A stretch of DNA of 64,000 nt from Azolla caroliniana (lineage: Eukaryota; Plantae; Polypodiophyta): assembly GCA_043228905.1 (NCBI GenBank), contig JBHGNT010000003.1, forward strand, positions 16,740,001-16,804,000, written 5' to 3'. The position numbers were made by a program, and so were the translations under genes. The notes under the pieces were generated by a model, which saw only the letters and a list, made by a program, of their open reading frames with translations, did no database searches and had not been told where the DNA came from. This document shows positions 14,075 to 27,705 of this stretch, piece by piece (the first letter of the stretch is position 1; every line of letters starts with the position of its first letter).

Positions 14075-17000
14075 ATGGCCTTTGCCTAACCCCGCTTTAA
14101 CGGAGAAACCGATGCCGCAACTCATATTCGCATGTTCCTGAATGTTTGGAATGCGAACCGCATGGCGCAGAGCCTCTCCGAGGCAGTGACACACCAGTCG
14201 AAAATGACGGAGTTCGGATTAACATTAGATGGGCGTGCGACGTTTTGGCATTCACACATGGATTTACCAACCATAACAACCTTCGATCAGCTGCAGTCTG
14301 CTTTCTTGTGGTTCTTCCATCGGAGGGTTCCACAACGCGAGATTCTCGGGTAGTTTTTTACAATTAAGCAACTGCCGACCGAAACGATAGCAGACTTCAC
14401 CTTACGTTTCCAAAATTTGCGACGGAAACTAGAATGAAGCCCCATGGAGGACGAGGCTCGAGAAACATTTCTAGCAGCGTTACGCCAACAACAGTAGCGT
14501 GAAAGGGGAAACGGCGGATATGGTAATTGAACGTGCATTACAGCTCGAGTTGGATGACGAGGAAGAAAGGTTTTCTATGTCCTCCTTACGACAAGTGTTA
14601 CCTGAGGACGAGGAACGCCAATTTCGTCAAGCCATCCAGTGCACGATTTGCTTGAACTCGGGGCATTCCGCAGTGGAGTGCAATATGCGAATCCATTGTC
14701 CCATCTGCCACTCGAAGGCTCACACAATCGACCAATGCGAATACAATATGTTGAACAGAGCCATTCCTGTAGTCCGCAACATGGACATGCAGTGTCCACC
14801 ACACCGGACTGAACAAAGGATGCAGGAAGACCGACCACGGTATAGGGATCGCAACCCCCGGGATGACCGGCACCACCGGAATCGCCGACATCACAACGAT
14901 TCTGAGGAGGACGAACCAGAGGACGAGGAGTACCGTGGAACTCCGACTTACGCCAAAGGGGGTCGGCGCTACGAGAATCACCGGCCGACAAACAAACGAG
15001 GCGGCTTCAATGGTTATCGTGGTAAGCCACGGCAATATCGAGATCACCGGCGTTACGACGAAAGCTCGGGAGATGAGCGGCACCAGGAACAATGATGGGA
15101 GCAACAACAACCACCGCGTACGTTTCGATAAACGACGCCGGACCGCGAGGAGCAAGTAGCACCAAGGGAGCGGCACACACCACTAGGAGCCGAGAAGGGT
15201 GAATCAAGCATCCACTGTTTCATTTGTCAGCAACCCGGACATTATGCCACGCAATGCCCAGCACGCAAGGGGAAGGGGCCCGCTGTCAATACGATTACGG
15301 CGGAAGTGCAGCAAGTCACGACACGCCAGCAAACAAAAACGGCTGATTGGGCTGCACAAGACGAGGTACGTCGCCAAGCCCAAGCGTGGCTGGAAAAAGC
15401 AAACGCGACGAATACGGAACACATGTGGAAGGAGTCCGCAAACACAATGGAGTGAACAGAGGACGAAAGAACGGGTCCAGACCCCATTTGGCAGGCGTTA
15501 ACAGGTTGTGAAATATCGTTAACCATGGAAAAACTGCTACAGCTCATTCCACGCTTCCGCCAGACCATGGAAGAACGGGTGATGGGCATACTCGGGGCGA
15601 GTGTCGCCACAAACCTAACAGACGTCAGCGATGGACCGCCGGTGGTGGATCAACACAACCCGGCTATTATAGTAATATTGCACGGACAGGAAGTTCCTGG
15701 ATGTGTAATCGACGACGGCTCAGGTGTCAATGTAATTAGCGTGAAAACTTGCGAACAGTTAGGCATTTCCGAATGGGAGGCTTGTCCATTCTGGCTCTGC
15801 ATGGCAGATACCCACTCAGTGCGACCGTTGGGGTTAATTTGCAAAATAGGCATCATCGTGGGCGGACACCGCTTTGACATCTCGGCGGTCGTCCTCGCTT
15901 TGGATGCCCCAGGGGCATACCCAGTGCTTCTGGGCAGACCATGGCTTCGGACAACAAATATCAAGTAGAGCTGGCAACACGAGTGTATCAGTTTCCGGCA
16001 TGGACGCACCAAGGTTCGCGTACCTACGGAAGGCAACACGCCACAACCTAAGGGTATAACACCGTTATACGCGGATGATATAAATATGATGGTTGGGGTG
16101 GAGGATACAGAATTGGAGGCATACCTCGATGAACACCCTCAGATTATTCCGCTGTTCGAAATAGATGTCATCGCAACTGCGACAGAATATGCCACGACCA
16201 GTGTTCCCCACGACGAGCCTTACAAACCATACCTAGAGTCCATATTGGAACTTAGCAGAGCACGGGTGGCATTCGAAAGGGAAATGGAGTCACCGCTTCC
16301 GCTCTCGAAGAAGTAAATGTGGGTACGGAATCGGAGCCCCAGTTCCTCTCCATCGCAAAGGAATTAAGGCCAGACCAAAGAATCACGATGATTGCACTAC
16401 TCACGGAATATAAAGATGTGTTCGCTTGGGCTCACAAGGACATGAAGGGGTTAGATCCCAAGTTTTATCAGCATAAGATCAATTTAGTAACTGACGCGAA
16501 ACCCGTCCAGCAGCGCTGCTACCGCATGAACCCCAACTATGCAACCCGCGTGAAAGAAGAAATTGATAAGCTCCTGAAGGCGGGGTTCATACGACCAGTT
16601 AAACAAGCGACATGGCTAAGCCCGATAGTGGTCATCCCAAAGAAAAACGGCAAAATACGGGTATGCGTAGATTATCGAAAATTAAACGCCGTAACCATTA
16701 CGGACGCATTTCCCTTACCCTTCACCAATAGCGTACTGGACACCGTCGCAGGCCATGAGATGTACAGTTTTTTAGATGCCTTCAGTGGCTATAACCAGGT
16801 ACGCATGCATCCCGAGGACTAGGAGAAGATGGCGTTTGTCATGGACTGGGGAGTATATGTGGCAGTCGTCATGATGTTTGGGCTAAAGACAACACCGACA
16901 ACCTTTCAACGGACGATTACGGAGATCTTTGGGGAATACATTCCGGCGTTCATGCAAGTTTTTCTAGACGACTTTACGGTATATGGGAGAACAATAAACC

Positions 17001-19165
17001 ATTTTACGCACTTACAATTGTGGTTGGAACGTTGCCGCACCGCACGTTTAAGCCTGAATCCCGCGACATGTGCCTTCGGCGTGATCAGCGGGACTCTCCT
17101 AGGCCATATAGTCAGCAAGGAGGGAATAGCGGTCGACCCAAACAAGATCTCCGCGATTACGCAAGCCAAAACTCCGACAAACGCCAAATCGCTTAGCCGG
17201 TTTTTAGGACAAATACGGTGGCATAGTTGGATGATACGGTATTTGGCGGACTTCGCCACGCCGCTACACGCTGCCGTACATCGGACTCCTTTCCAATGGA
17301 CTGCAACGGAGGATAAGGCCTATGAGGCACTCAAGATAATGCTCACACAGGCTCCCGTCGTACAACCACCAGTTTGGGCGAAGCCATTCCACGTGTTTGT
17401 CGACGCCTCAGACATAGCAATAGGAAGCGCACTAATGCAGCTCACCGAACCAAACTGGTACAAGCCAGTATACTACGCTAGTCGTAAATTGTCAACAACA
17501 GAGTGTAACTATTCCACAACAGAGTGGGAGGCGCTAGGGATGATCTATAACATCAATAAATTCCGACACTATTTATTAGGAAGGAAATTCACGTTCCACG
17601 TGGATCATTTGGCACTACTGTATTTGCTGGAGAAACAAGCCTTGGCAGGGAAATTGGCGCGGTGGATGCTATTGCTCCAGGAATTCGATTTCGTAATTCA
17701 GCACCAACCAGGGACGCAACACGTAGTGGCAGATTTTTTGAGCAGGCTTGAGAATGGAGAAACAATACAGAAAGATGATGACGATTTTCCGGACGCTGAC
17801 ATCCTGCGGGTAGCGACACTAGCAGAAAAAATGGAATCGACCTTTCCGGACTGGTGGCTTATGGAAATGACGTACTTTTTAACTACAGGACTACCTCCAC
17901 CACAATTACGCACGAACGAGAAGAAACGACTAGCTGTCCAAAGCCGTCAGTTCTGCCTCGTCGAAGGCGTTTTATATCACAAAGGAAGTGACGGCATTTG
18001 GCGACGTGGGGTCCGTCAGGATGAGAAGGAAGTAGTTTTACGGGAGGCACACTGCGGCGCGACAGGCGGCCATTACGCGGGCGACGTGACAACCCGGAAA
18101 GTATGGCAGGTGGGCTTATGGTGGCCAACAACGTAGAAGGACGCATCCAAGTATCGCAGAAACTGTGATTTGTGTCAACGGATGGGTCAGCCCACGGAGG
18201 ACGCAAGGATGCCACACCAGCCCGTATTACCGCTAGACCCCTTCCAAAAGTGGGGATTGGATTTTGTAGGGCCCTTCACACCAGCGGCGGCCTGTACGGG
18301 CAATAAATACATATTGGTAGCCACGGATTACTGCACCAAATGGGTAGAAGCAAAGGCACTACGTGAAAATACGGCGGCCGTCACAACCAGATTCCTTTAC
18401 GAGCACATCTGGTGCTGGTTCGGCTGTCCGATTGAGCTCATCAGTGACCAGGGGAGTCACTTTCTCAATACGGTGGTTCGGGAACTAACACATCATTACG
18501 CCATAGTCCATAAGAAGAGCACGCCATATTATCCGCAGGCGAATGGATTAGCAGAATCCACCAACAAGACATTACAGACCATTTTGAAGAAAATCGTCAA
18601 TGAAAATAGAACGGATTGGGATACCAAACTACAGAGTGCGTTATGGGTGTATAGAACCAGCTACAAAACAAGCATACAGTCAACACCGTTTCGACTAGCG
18701 TTTGGATTGGAGGCTGTGATGCCGGTCGAATTTTAGGTACCTTGTTTGCGAATTCAGGTACGGAACCGATTATCAGAAGCCAAGTCGGAGGAGGTACGGC
18801 TCTACCAACTCCTTGAACTAGGGGAAAAACGTGTCCACAGCATGGCTGTGTTGGAACAGGAACAATGATGGCGTAAAGCGTTTGTGGATCGACATCGGAA
18901 CGCAAGGGAAAAGGAGTTCGCCGTGGGTCGAGTGGTGCTAGTTTTTCAAACGCGCATGCGCCATATGCCGGGGAAGTTATGTTTCCGCTGGACCGGTCCA
19001 TACTGGATAATTGGAGCAGAACAAGGCACGTTCCAACTAGGTACGCTGGCTAGAGAAGTAGTACGACAAAAGGTGAATGGGTTTCGGCTCAAACCTTACC
19101 TGGGCCCTACGCCACCTAACCCATTCACCGCCGAACGGGACAGAGCCCGAGAGCCCACAACGTAA
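14075..19165 (+). pseudogene. Gypsy-F gag-pol (multiple stops and frameshifts)
   Basis: Zinc knuckles CTICLNSGH and CPICHSKAH; protease VIDDGSGVN; RT RVCVDYRKLN...FLDD; RH FVDASD; integrase WGLDFVGP...SDQGSHF...PQANGLAE; WTGPY. Confidence 0.93.
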
Positions 19166-19509
19166 AATGGATAGCCCCACTTGTACCATAATGTAAAAAT
19201 AGGTTGTAAATAACTGTTACGAAAAAAAGAGAAAAAAGCAAAAAAAAGGGAGAAGATAGCGACTATTAAAACGACTAAAGGCATGCACAAACTCCTAGTT
19301 CAAGAACACGCGGCACCACGATGGCTCACCGCCCAATGAACCCAAAGCCACAAAAAGAAGGAAACAGAAGATTTTCTGCACAAAGCAGAAACCCATCTTC
19401 TAGCTATCAGCGCTCCCATCGCTCCTCCCCCTCACCTTCTTCCCCATCCTATCACAGAGCTCCAACTCACAACAACCACCCGTCTCCTTCCCACGAACCT
19501 ACTCTGGCG

Positions 19510-22277
19510 ATGCCGATCTTCATCTCTACCGCCCTACGCCGATGGCTCGTGGAGAAACGCCTGGATGGTTACATCCGGGTCGCAGAAGCACCTCCGCACC
19601 CGGATGCCATGGACATCGCTAGGAAGCTTAACATTGACACGGTCACCAACTCTTCCATCCGGAAGAAGTTGGACCTATCCTCACTAGGCGAAAGACATTT
19701 CGAAATACCTCCTGTAGAGGCCCTGTAGCGGTATTTTGGTTCATATTCCTCCTCCGCCAAGGCCTATAGAACAAAGCAGATTCCGGATCCCTTCTTCCGT
19801 GAAGTTGCCAAGTTCCTGCTAGAAGTCGGCTACGTACATGTCAACGCATATGGGATGCCTAAGCAGAAGGCGGGCATCATTATCGATACCTTTGAAGGGC
19901 ATGCCGTCGACTAGGGGGTCATCACAGGGCCAACGTTAAGGGAAGGCTTGCATGCATACCAAGCAGGCAAAAAGCTCAGGCCGATCATCCAACAATACCT
20001 TACTGTACTATTTCCACCCCGCCGCCTGCCGGCACCGCAGCCCAGCCAACCCACGCCCCCGTCCCGATCCGCAAAATGCAGGTTAGTGGAGTTATCGGCC
20101 CTAGAGTGGGAAGAGGAACCCCAACCCGCCCAGCCAGACCCAAGGACAACACCTCCTACCGACCAACCGGACACATGGACAACGCAGGAGGAACAACCGA
20201 CACGTTCCATGGAAGCAGCCCTAGAGCCAGACACCGAAACACGGTGGGAAAGCCCTAGACCAAAACGACGTAGATTGGATAGGAAAGATGGGCGGGGTTG
20301 GTAAAAAACACCCCCACGGAGATAGAGACACCGACCGAAGGCGATGGCTCTGCAGCAGCGGAAACCAATACGACCTTCGAAATCATCCGGGAGCCACGAC
20401 CGATTATTACGACCCAGTCCCAACGAGGGAAAGCCGTATTGACGGCGGAAAGCGAGGTTTTGGCATATCCGGATATCCCGGATACAGCCCACGAGTTCAA
20501 CGCCCTCTTGCAGTTCGGTACTTCTTTTGAGCTCATGGAGTTCTTGGCAACGCAACAGGTAAAAGCCGCCCAACGAATGGCCGAAGAGCATGCGGAATGC
20601 CAGATGATCGAGCGCGCCCTAACACAAACAATGGAGAGCGACGATGAGGACCGGCTAGCCAGGGTCGACAGACAGCGGAACGCCGGGGTACGCCGAGTGG
20701 GGATGGAGATACTCCCCTTAAACACGGCCCTAGTCGAAGTCCATCGGGAACTAGCAAAGGTCAGCACGGGCGCCAAGGAGATGGCCATAAAAAATAAGAA
20801 TGTCTGGAAGAAGGTTAAACTGACCTAAGCCGAACTGCAAAAAGCCAACGCATGCATCGCGGAGTTGGAAGCTCACGCGATTACGGCGCAACGCGCAACC
20901 CCACCACCAAACCACGTCATCGACTCTCTAAAAGAAGAAATAGAGGCGCAGACCACCATCGCCTCAAAAGCAAAAAGGGCCGTGCAACTAGCGGAATCAG
21001 AAATTGACCGCCTTCGAGCAGAACTACGCCAATCCTCAAACAGAGAAAAGGAGATATGGGCTAACGGCCGGAAGGCAGTAAAAACCCTTGAAGAGAAACT
21101 CGCTACGGAGGTAGCTCAGCACATCCGGACAAAACAAGACAACGCCCAATTACGGGAGGACGCAAAGAAATCGGAGGCGGCCATAGTGGGACTCTGGGCC
21201 TTATTAGAAAAAAAGAAGGTATGGTTCGATGAGCAGTTGGTAGTCGAACAAGACAGAAGGCATCAACTCGAAATCTACCTAAACAATGAAATGGGGAAAT
21301 TAGAAGAACAACATGCAAAGGAATCCCAGCTGTGGGCTGGCCTGAAGGCCATGTATGAGGAAGCGGCAGCGGTTAAACAGCAGGAAATCGCAAATCTCCA
21401 GAAGTCAATGGAAGACGCACGCAACCGTTGCTAGGCCATCACAAATAACGTGCGGATCCTTCTCCAAACAAATCGGGAGAGGTTCACAGCGCAATTGAAA
21501 ACGGCGCTGGACAAAGGATGGATGGTGTGGGCAACCCAAGCAGCGGAATTACATGCGTATCATGCGGATTGGGAGAACCGGCGAAAAGACGGTCGAGGTT
21601 TCTATAAACTAAATGAGGAGAGCATTGCGGCCATACGGGAGGACCTAGCGCAAGACTATCGTGCGCTAGCGGACCAACACTCCGAAGAACTCACGCAGCT
21701 CTTAGATGATTTTGGTGAAAGCCAGGAGGAGCTATTTCACAAGATCACACAAGCCGACAACACGCACACAAACGAGGAATCTAGCACGACGCCAATTCCG
21801 GGCAAAGCCGAAGAAGAGGAACCTCATGCCCGATCACCAGAGATGACAACAATGGAGAATAGTGAGGACCAACAAGCGGAGTTCCCCATAGGACTAGACA
21901 GCGAAACCACTATACAACAAGAGGTTCAGCCGCACGAGCCCACACTATCATCAGACCACACGGAGAACGGTGCGGACCAGGCGGAATCTCCACCCCACTC
22001 CCCAGAACATACAAAAACGGCCGACACCACGGAGGACGTAACAATGGAGGCAGAGCCGCAGTCGACTGCAAGCACGACAACGGCGGAGCCCAACCCACTA
22101 GCTCAAGAAGAGCCCACCGTACCCGGACCGCCCACACACGGCGATTGCGACTCCGGGAGAAACCAGCCCGACCAAACAGAGGAGCCACACCACGATGCAC
22201 CTACGGGCCCTACGTCACCTCCGGACGCGGACACCGCAGCAGAGCCAAACATCTGGGCCATTTTGGAAGAGGATTAA
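19510..22277 (+). pseudogene. Extra ORF 3' of pol (about 920 codons; Pro-rich linker, long coiled coil, acidic tail)
   Basis: ORF pieces 19510-19728, 19948-20304, 20298-20828, 20865-21434 and 21450-22277 join with one frameshift and several stops; the N-terminus is homologous to the ORF at 63894. Confidence 0.75.
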
Positions 22278-23042
22278 CGGGATGGGTCCGACGTGCCAGG
22301 GCACTGTCCCACAGGCGTGCCAAGTGTTGTTCGCCGGAATAGTAACCGACGGACAAAAGCGTAGGAATAAGAAATTATATAAGAGCATAACGCATGTAAC
22401 GGTTCACGCAGGAAGTGTGAACGGCTAAATAGACCTTGCGTATATAAAGGGCAGAAAACCTCTGATAGAGGTGTGTGTAATTTTGGGAATGTAAAGGAAC
22501 GTCTCGTAATAGAATCCTATCTTCTTTGATTTTCTGTGTATAGCTCCGGCTAATCTGTTGTGTGTGTGTCTTGAATACCTAAGCGTTTAAGTACGTAAGT
22601 GTAACCCTATACAGGGATTCGGTTGTAGCCGTTCCCCGTATACGTTGATAGGTTACAGGGAACCTTCCCTTATGCATTACGCTGAGGCACCTATTCGTTG
22701 TTCCACGCCCACTTGGAGGTCTAGGTTGAAGGACTGACCGTGGACTGTGTTCCTAATCGGCAACAGGTACTTCTGTCAGTCCCACGAGGACTTGTATAAA
22801 TAGTGCTATTGAGCACAATTGTAAACAGAGAGAGTGTTCTTATTGTTTTGAATATAGCTTTTACGTTCTGCTCTCTCTGTCCCTCCCGTGTACTCTGTGT
22901 ATTCTCTGCTTTCTCTATTTTCTAACGCTTCCGCAAGTAATGGTTTTCATGGTATTAGAGCGTGAGGGTTGAGAACCTCTGCAACCGACAAACGCTTGAA
23001 AGCAAACCCTAACAAGTCGTAAGAACAACAGACAGAGAAGTG

Positions 23043-26000
23043 ATGGATAAAGGAATGGCTAGCTCACTCCCTGTGGAGAAACTCGACAGATCCAACTACG
23101 CATCTTGGTCGTACAAGATGCACCAGTACCTGCTTGGGCATGGCTAGTGGAGTTTCGTCGAAGGAGCCAACGAAACAACACCTGATGCGGTAGATAAGGA
23201 TTTCCCAGTGTGGGAACAATTGGCAAGCAGAGTGATGTATTGCTTCACGTCCAGTGTCGGAGACCAGCTGCTGAGCCACATCCGAGACGCCAAGACGGCG
23301 AAGGAGGCTTGGGGAAACCTGAAGAAGGTTTTCGCCGTGAGTACTACAGCCCGGAAACTGCAACTCCGAAAGGAGTTGAGCAATGTCTGACAGAAGGACA
23401 TGTCGGTGGCGGATTACACAGCCCAGATCAAAGAGATATGTGACTCGCTTGCCTCTATCAACGTTACCGTAGAGGAAGACGAGATGGTACAGGTTTGTCT
23501 TGGGGGCCTGGCGTCTAAGTTTAGAGCGTTTCAAACGACGGTATGTACAAGGGAGAATACGCTGTCATTTTTCGACTTACAGTCGATGCTCCTTGTAGAG
23601 GAGAACCACGTCGGTGCATCAATTAGGGCCAGATGTTGTACACGGAAGCGGATCGGTCCCCTGGGCGTGGTGGACGAGGCGGGTCGGCACGCAATGGAGG
23701 TGGCCGGCAAGACCAGGAACAAAGGCACAGTGAACGTGCCGACAACAGTTCCGGACCAGAAGCAGTACATCACCGACGCAATGGCAGCACCGGAAAACTG
23801 CAAGAGAAGATTGCAATCGAATGCTGGGACTGTGGCAAAAAGGGCCACAGAGAAAGGAATGCTGGAGAAAACACGCCGATTCGGACAAATCCGGATCCGG
23901 CAAGGCCGACAAGGATGGCCGGCAAAGCTCGCACTACGTGAAGGGATCGGGAGTATCCAAGAACGGTAACGGGCCAACCTTGGTGATGAAGCATGAGGCG
24001 AACTCGATGAAGAAGACCACTTCCAAATCGGAGGAAGTGTGGTATGTTGATTCCGGTGCGTCCAACCATGTGACAAGCCACAAAGAGTGGTTCTCCTTTT
24101 TGGAAAAACCGGATCAACCAGGAGTAGTCAAAACTAGAGACGACACTCCTCACCCAATCGTGCACGTCAGAGAAGTCCCTTTGAGCCACGTCGGACGGAA
24201 GGGGAAGCTGATGAACGTATTACACGTTCCGACAATCACGAAGAACCTGGTGTCGGTCGTACAGATCGTCGACCAAGGGATGCAGGTGCGGTTTACGCAC
24301 CTCGGGTGCTTCATCGAGGAAGAGGGCCAGATTATTGCGCAAGGGCGCAGAGACGGGAGGATGTTTATCCTCGACACCAATGACGTCGGCACCGCTCTGT
24401 TTGCAAAAGGACAGAAGGTCGAATCGGACATCGACCTGTGGCACAAGCGGATAGGCCACGTAAATTACCGGAGGCTTCAAGACCTACAAGCGAAACAAGT
24501 TGTTTTCAGTTTGCCGAAGTTCAGCGGCTGGAAGGCCCAAGTATGTAAAGCCTGCCAACTCGGGAAGCAACACCGGCTTCCATTCCCTATCGAACGTAGC
24601 CGGAGCCATAACAAGCTCGACCTTATCCATTCGGATGTGTGGGGACCGGCACAGAATGTTAGTCTTGGCGGGAGTCGATATTTCGTCTCCTTCATCGACG
24701 ACTATACGCGGCACACATGGACCTACCTCATTGACCAGAAGAGTGAAGTCGTCGAGTGCTTCCGGAGCCTCCAAAGCATGGTGGAACAGGAAACAGAGAG
24801 GAAGATCAAATGCCTGCGGTCAGATGGTGGAAAAGAATACTTTTCTGGCCAATTCAACAGTTATCTGCAACAAAAGGGAATTCGGCGAGAGTTCAGCTGC
24901 AGATACACACCGCAACAGAACGGTGTTGCCGAGAGGAAGAACCGGTCGCTTATTGATGCGGCAAGGGCAATGCTGGAGGAGAAGAGCATGCCCAAATTCT
25001 ACTGGGCGGAGGAAGCCTGAACAACTGTCTACATCCAAAACCGGATCGGTGACAAGGTGTCAGCTCACGAGTGGTATTTCGGGCGCAAGCCGAATTTGAG
25101 ACACCTTAAGATCTTCGGCAACATTGCATATGTGCATGTACTGGATGAGAAGTGGAGGAAGCTGGATGCAAAATCGGAAAAATGCATCGTAATCGGCTAT
25201 GCTCAAGAGCAAAAGGGTTATAAGTGTTATAACCCCCGGACAAAGCAGGTCCGAGTTAGTCGAGATGTCGAGTTCGATGAATCGGCATTGTGGAGCCTGA
25301 ACCGGCCCAAGTAGATGATGATGAAGCGTGGACTCAGGATGAGAATCCAGAATCGTTTTGGTTGAGCGAGCCGAACGAGAGACTAAGTCAATCTGACCAG
25401 TCCGATGAGGAACTGGCGAGTAGTGGAGATTCTGCCGTGCTCTCCCAGTGCAAGGAACCGAGGAGACAGTTCAAGCGCAAAGAGAAAGGGAAGAAGAAGA
25501 TGCCAGAATTTGAAACCGGCAACGATGAGTCGGATCGGTGTGCATCCGACTCCGGCAAGGAGAAAGGCGGATCTTCGGCAACGAAGACCGAATCAGCCAA
25601 GAAAGGCCTCAAACCGGGTAACGGCGAGTTACGCCCATCCACCCGCCAGAAGGATCCCGTCAAGCGGTACGGGTACAATGAGTACATGGCGCATCATTAT
25701 GCGTACATGACCAAGGTGGCGGAAGTGCGTGAGTCGGAGAGGTACGCAGAAGCGGCAGAGGACGCAAATTGGCGTGCCGCTATGGAGGAAGAAATGCAGG
25801 CACTTGATGTCAACAAGACATGGGACCTAGTTGACCCTCCCCATCACTGTAAACCGATCAGATGCAAATGGGTGTACAAGGTAAAGTACAACGCCGATGG
25901 TTCAGTTAACCGGTACAAGGCCCGATTAGTGGCAAAGGGATATGCGCAGACCCACGGAATCGACTACGACGAGACCTTCGCTCCGGTAGCGACGATGACG

Positions 26001-26601
26001 ACGGTTCGTGTGGTGCTGACGGTTGCTGTAGCAAGGGGGTGACATCTTCACCAGATGGATGTGAAGAATGCGTTTCTTTAGGGTGATCTTGAAGAAGAAG
26101 TCTTTATGACTCAGCCCCCCGGTTTTCGATCGGAGATGAACAAGTCGACGGTATGCCGGTTGAAGAAGTCGTTGTACGGCCTGAAGCAAGCCCCTCGAGC
26201 TTGGAATGCGAAGATCATGCACCGGTTGCGTAAGATGGGGTTTGCGGCCTCCAGGTCCGACTCTTCGTTGTTCATCCGGCAAGGTTCAGCCGGTCCGGTA
26301 TGTATCCTGTTGTATGTTGATGATTTAGTCATCACCGAACCGGGTCTTCCAGAAGTCAACCGCGTCAAGTCCCAGTTATCGGACGCATTTGAGATGAAGG
26401 ACTTGGGGGACCTTCATTATTTTCTTGGGATAGAGGTGATCAGAACCCCCGATGGCATATTGCTCTCACAACGACATTACGTCTTGAATATGTTGTACAA
26501 GTTTGGCATGACAGAATGCCGACATGTCTCCAAACCCTTGGACCAGAACCAGAAAATTCGTCCGAACTCCGGACCGGCCTGCAACGAGAAACGGTTCCGA
26601 C
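23043..26601 (+). pseudogene. Copia-H gag-PR-INT-RT
   Basis: EKLDRSNYASW, WYVDSGASNH, HSDVWGP, RSDGGKEY, YKARLVAKGY, LLYVDDL. Confidence 0.93.
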
Positions 26602-27444
26602 AAAGAAATCCGAGAATTTAAAATAAAATGGATGGATAAATCAATAAAAGATGCCACATGGGAACGCGAAAATACTCTTAGAACTAACTTCCCTAACTTT
26701 CCATTGCAAGAGTGCAATGTTTTAAAGAGGGGGAGTATGTTACGGGCATGACCATTTAATATCCCGTGGTGAGAATTTACTGTAGTATTCTATACACGTG
26801 GATAAGTGTGAGGGTTAAACGAGAGTGTAAAGAAGGGGAGGATTACTTTTAATCCTCGAGATTGAGACAACCCATTAGGTCAAGTGTGAACTTCCCTGGG
26901 GGCCTTGGGTATCGCTATAAATAAGGGGCCTAGCTACCCTCATTTGATCATCTTTTGACTACATCGAGACTCTGCTCTTGTGGTGGGTCAACCCTTGTAG
27001 CGAGCGCACCAGCACCAGGTACGACTCGACGCCACGGCGGTGGTATGGGACGCCGATCGAGGCTCGAATCCGTCTCGATCCCTTCGCTCGGGGGTGGTCG
27101 GGTGGATCAACACCCTTCTTTCTCTTTCTCCTTTCTATCTATCATTAGTTTATCCTTATCTTAAGCTTACTTTAGTACCTAAATCTCTAATATTTGGTAT
27201 CAGAGCTATGTACTAATGTTTCTTTGTTTGTCTTTTGTCTTTTGATTGATGGTGATTGATCGATGTGCGGTCGGCCTTGATCCAGATAACGATCAACAAA
27301 GAACTTCGGTAACTCTTTTCGTAATTTTTTTTTTCTATTCTCTCTTCTCCCATCTAATCATGTGTTTAGTTTATATGTCATTTTTTTTCATTAAGTCAAT
27401 GATGTTGTAGTGGTCTTTAATTGTTTATCTAAAACGTTTACATA

Positions 27445-27705
27445 TGTGCACGAGGTCAATACCTCGTTTGACATACAAATAATATGTGATGAGTGTCGTA
27501 TGCGTACGAGGTTAATACCTCAATTACATATTACGTTCACGAACATATGTTACGTTTGCGTATGAGTTTAATACCTTGATTTGTTGTAAAGGATATGCGT
27601 TTGGTCTCGTATGCGTAAGAGGTCAATACGTCAATTGCGTATTTCAATGATCTCTTATATGTGGATGTTTCGTGTGCGTAGAGGTATATACCTCGATTAC
27701 GTATC
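27445..27705 (+). repeat. Five hairpin repeats GAGGT-N4-ACCTC at about 56-62 bp spacing
   Basis: Cores at 27451, 27507, 27563, 27618 and 27680. Confidence 0.8.

Larger units (their letters stand above)
13349..22765 (+). mobile_element. Gypsy-F, non-chromovirus (Athila/Tat-superclade-like) element with an extra 3' ORF
   Basis: LTRs 13349-13789 and 22325-22765 (441 bp, about 18 mismatches by eye); TSD GGTAT/GGTAC; PBS TGGCACGCCTG at 13794; order gag-PR-RT-RH-INT; no chromodomain. Confidence 0.95.

Noticed and set aside
27445-27705. CRISPR-like array (palindromic repeats with variable spacers)
   Set aside because: Repeats are degenerate, spacers are related to each other, there are no cas genes, and the array lies in a eukaryotic retroelement leader.
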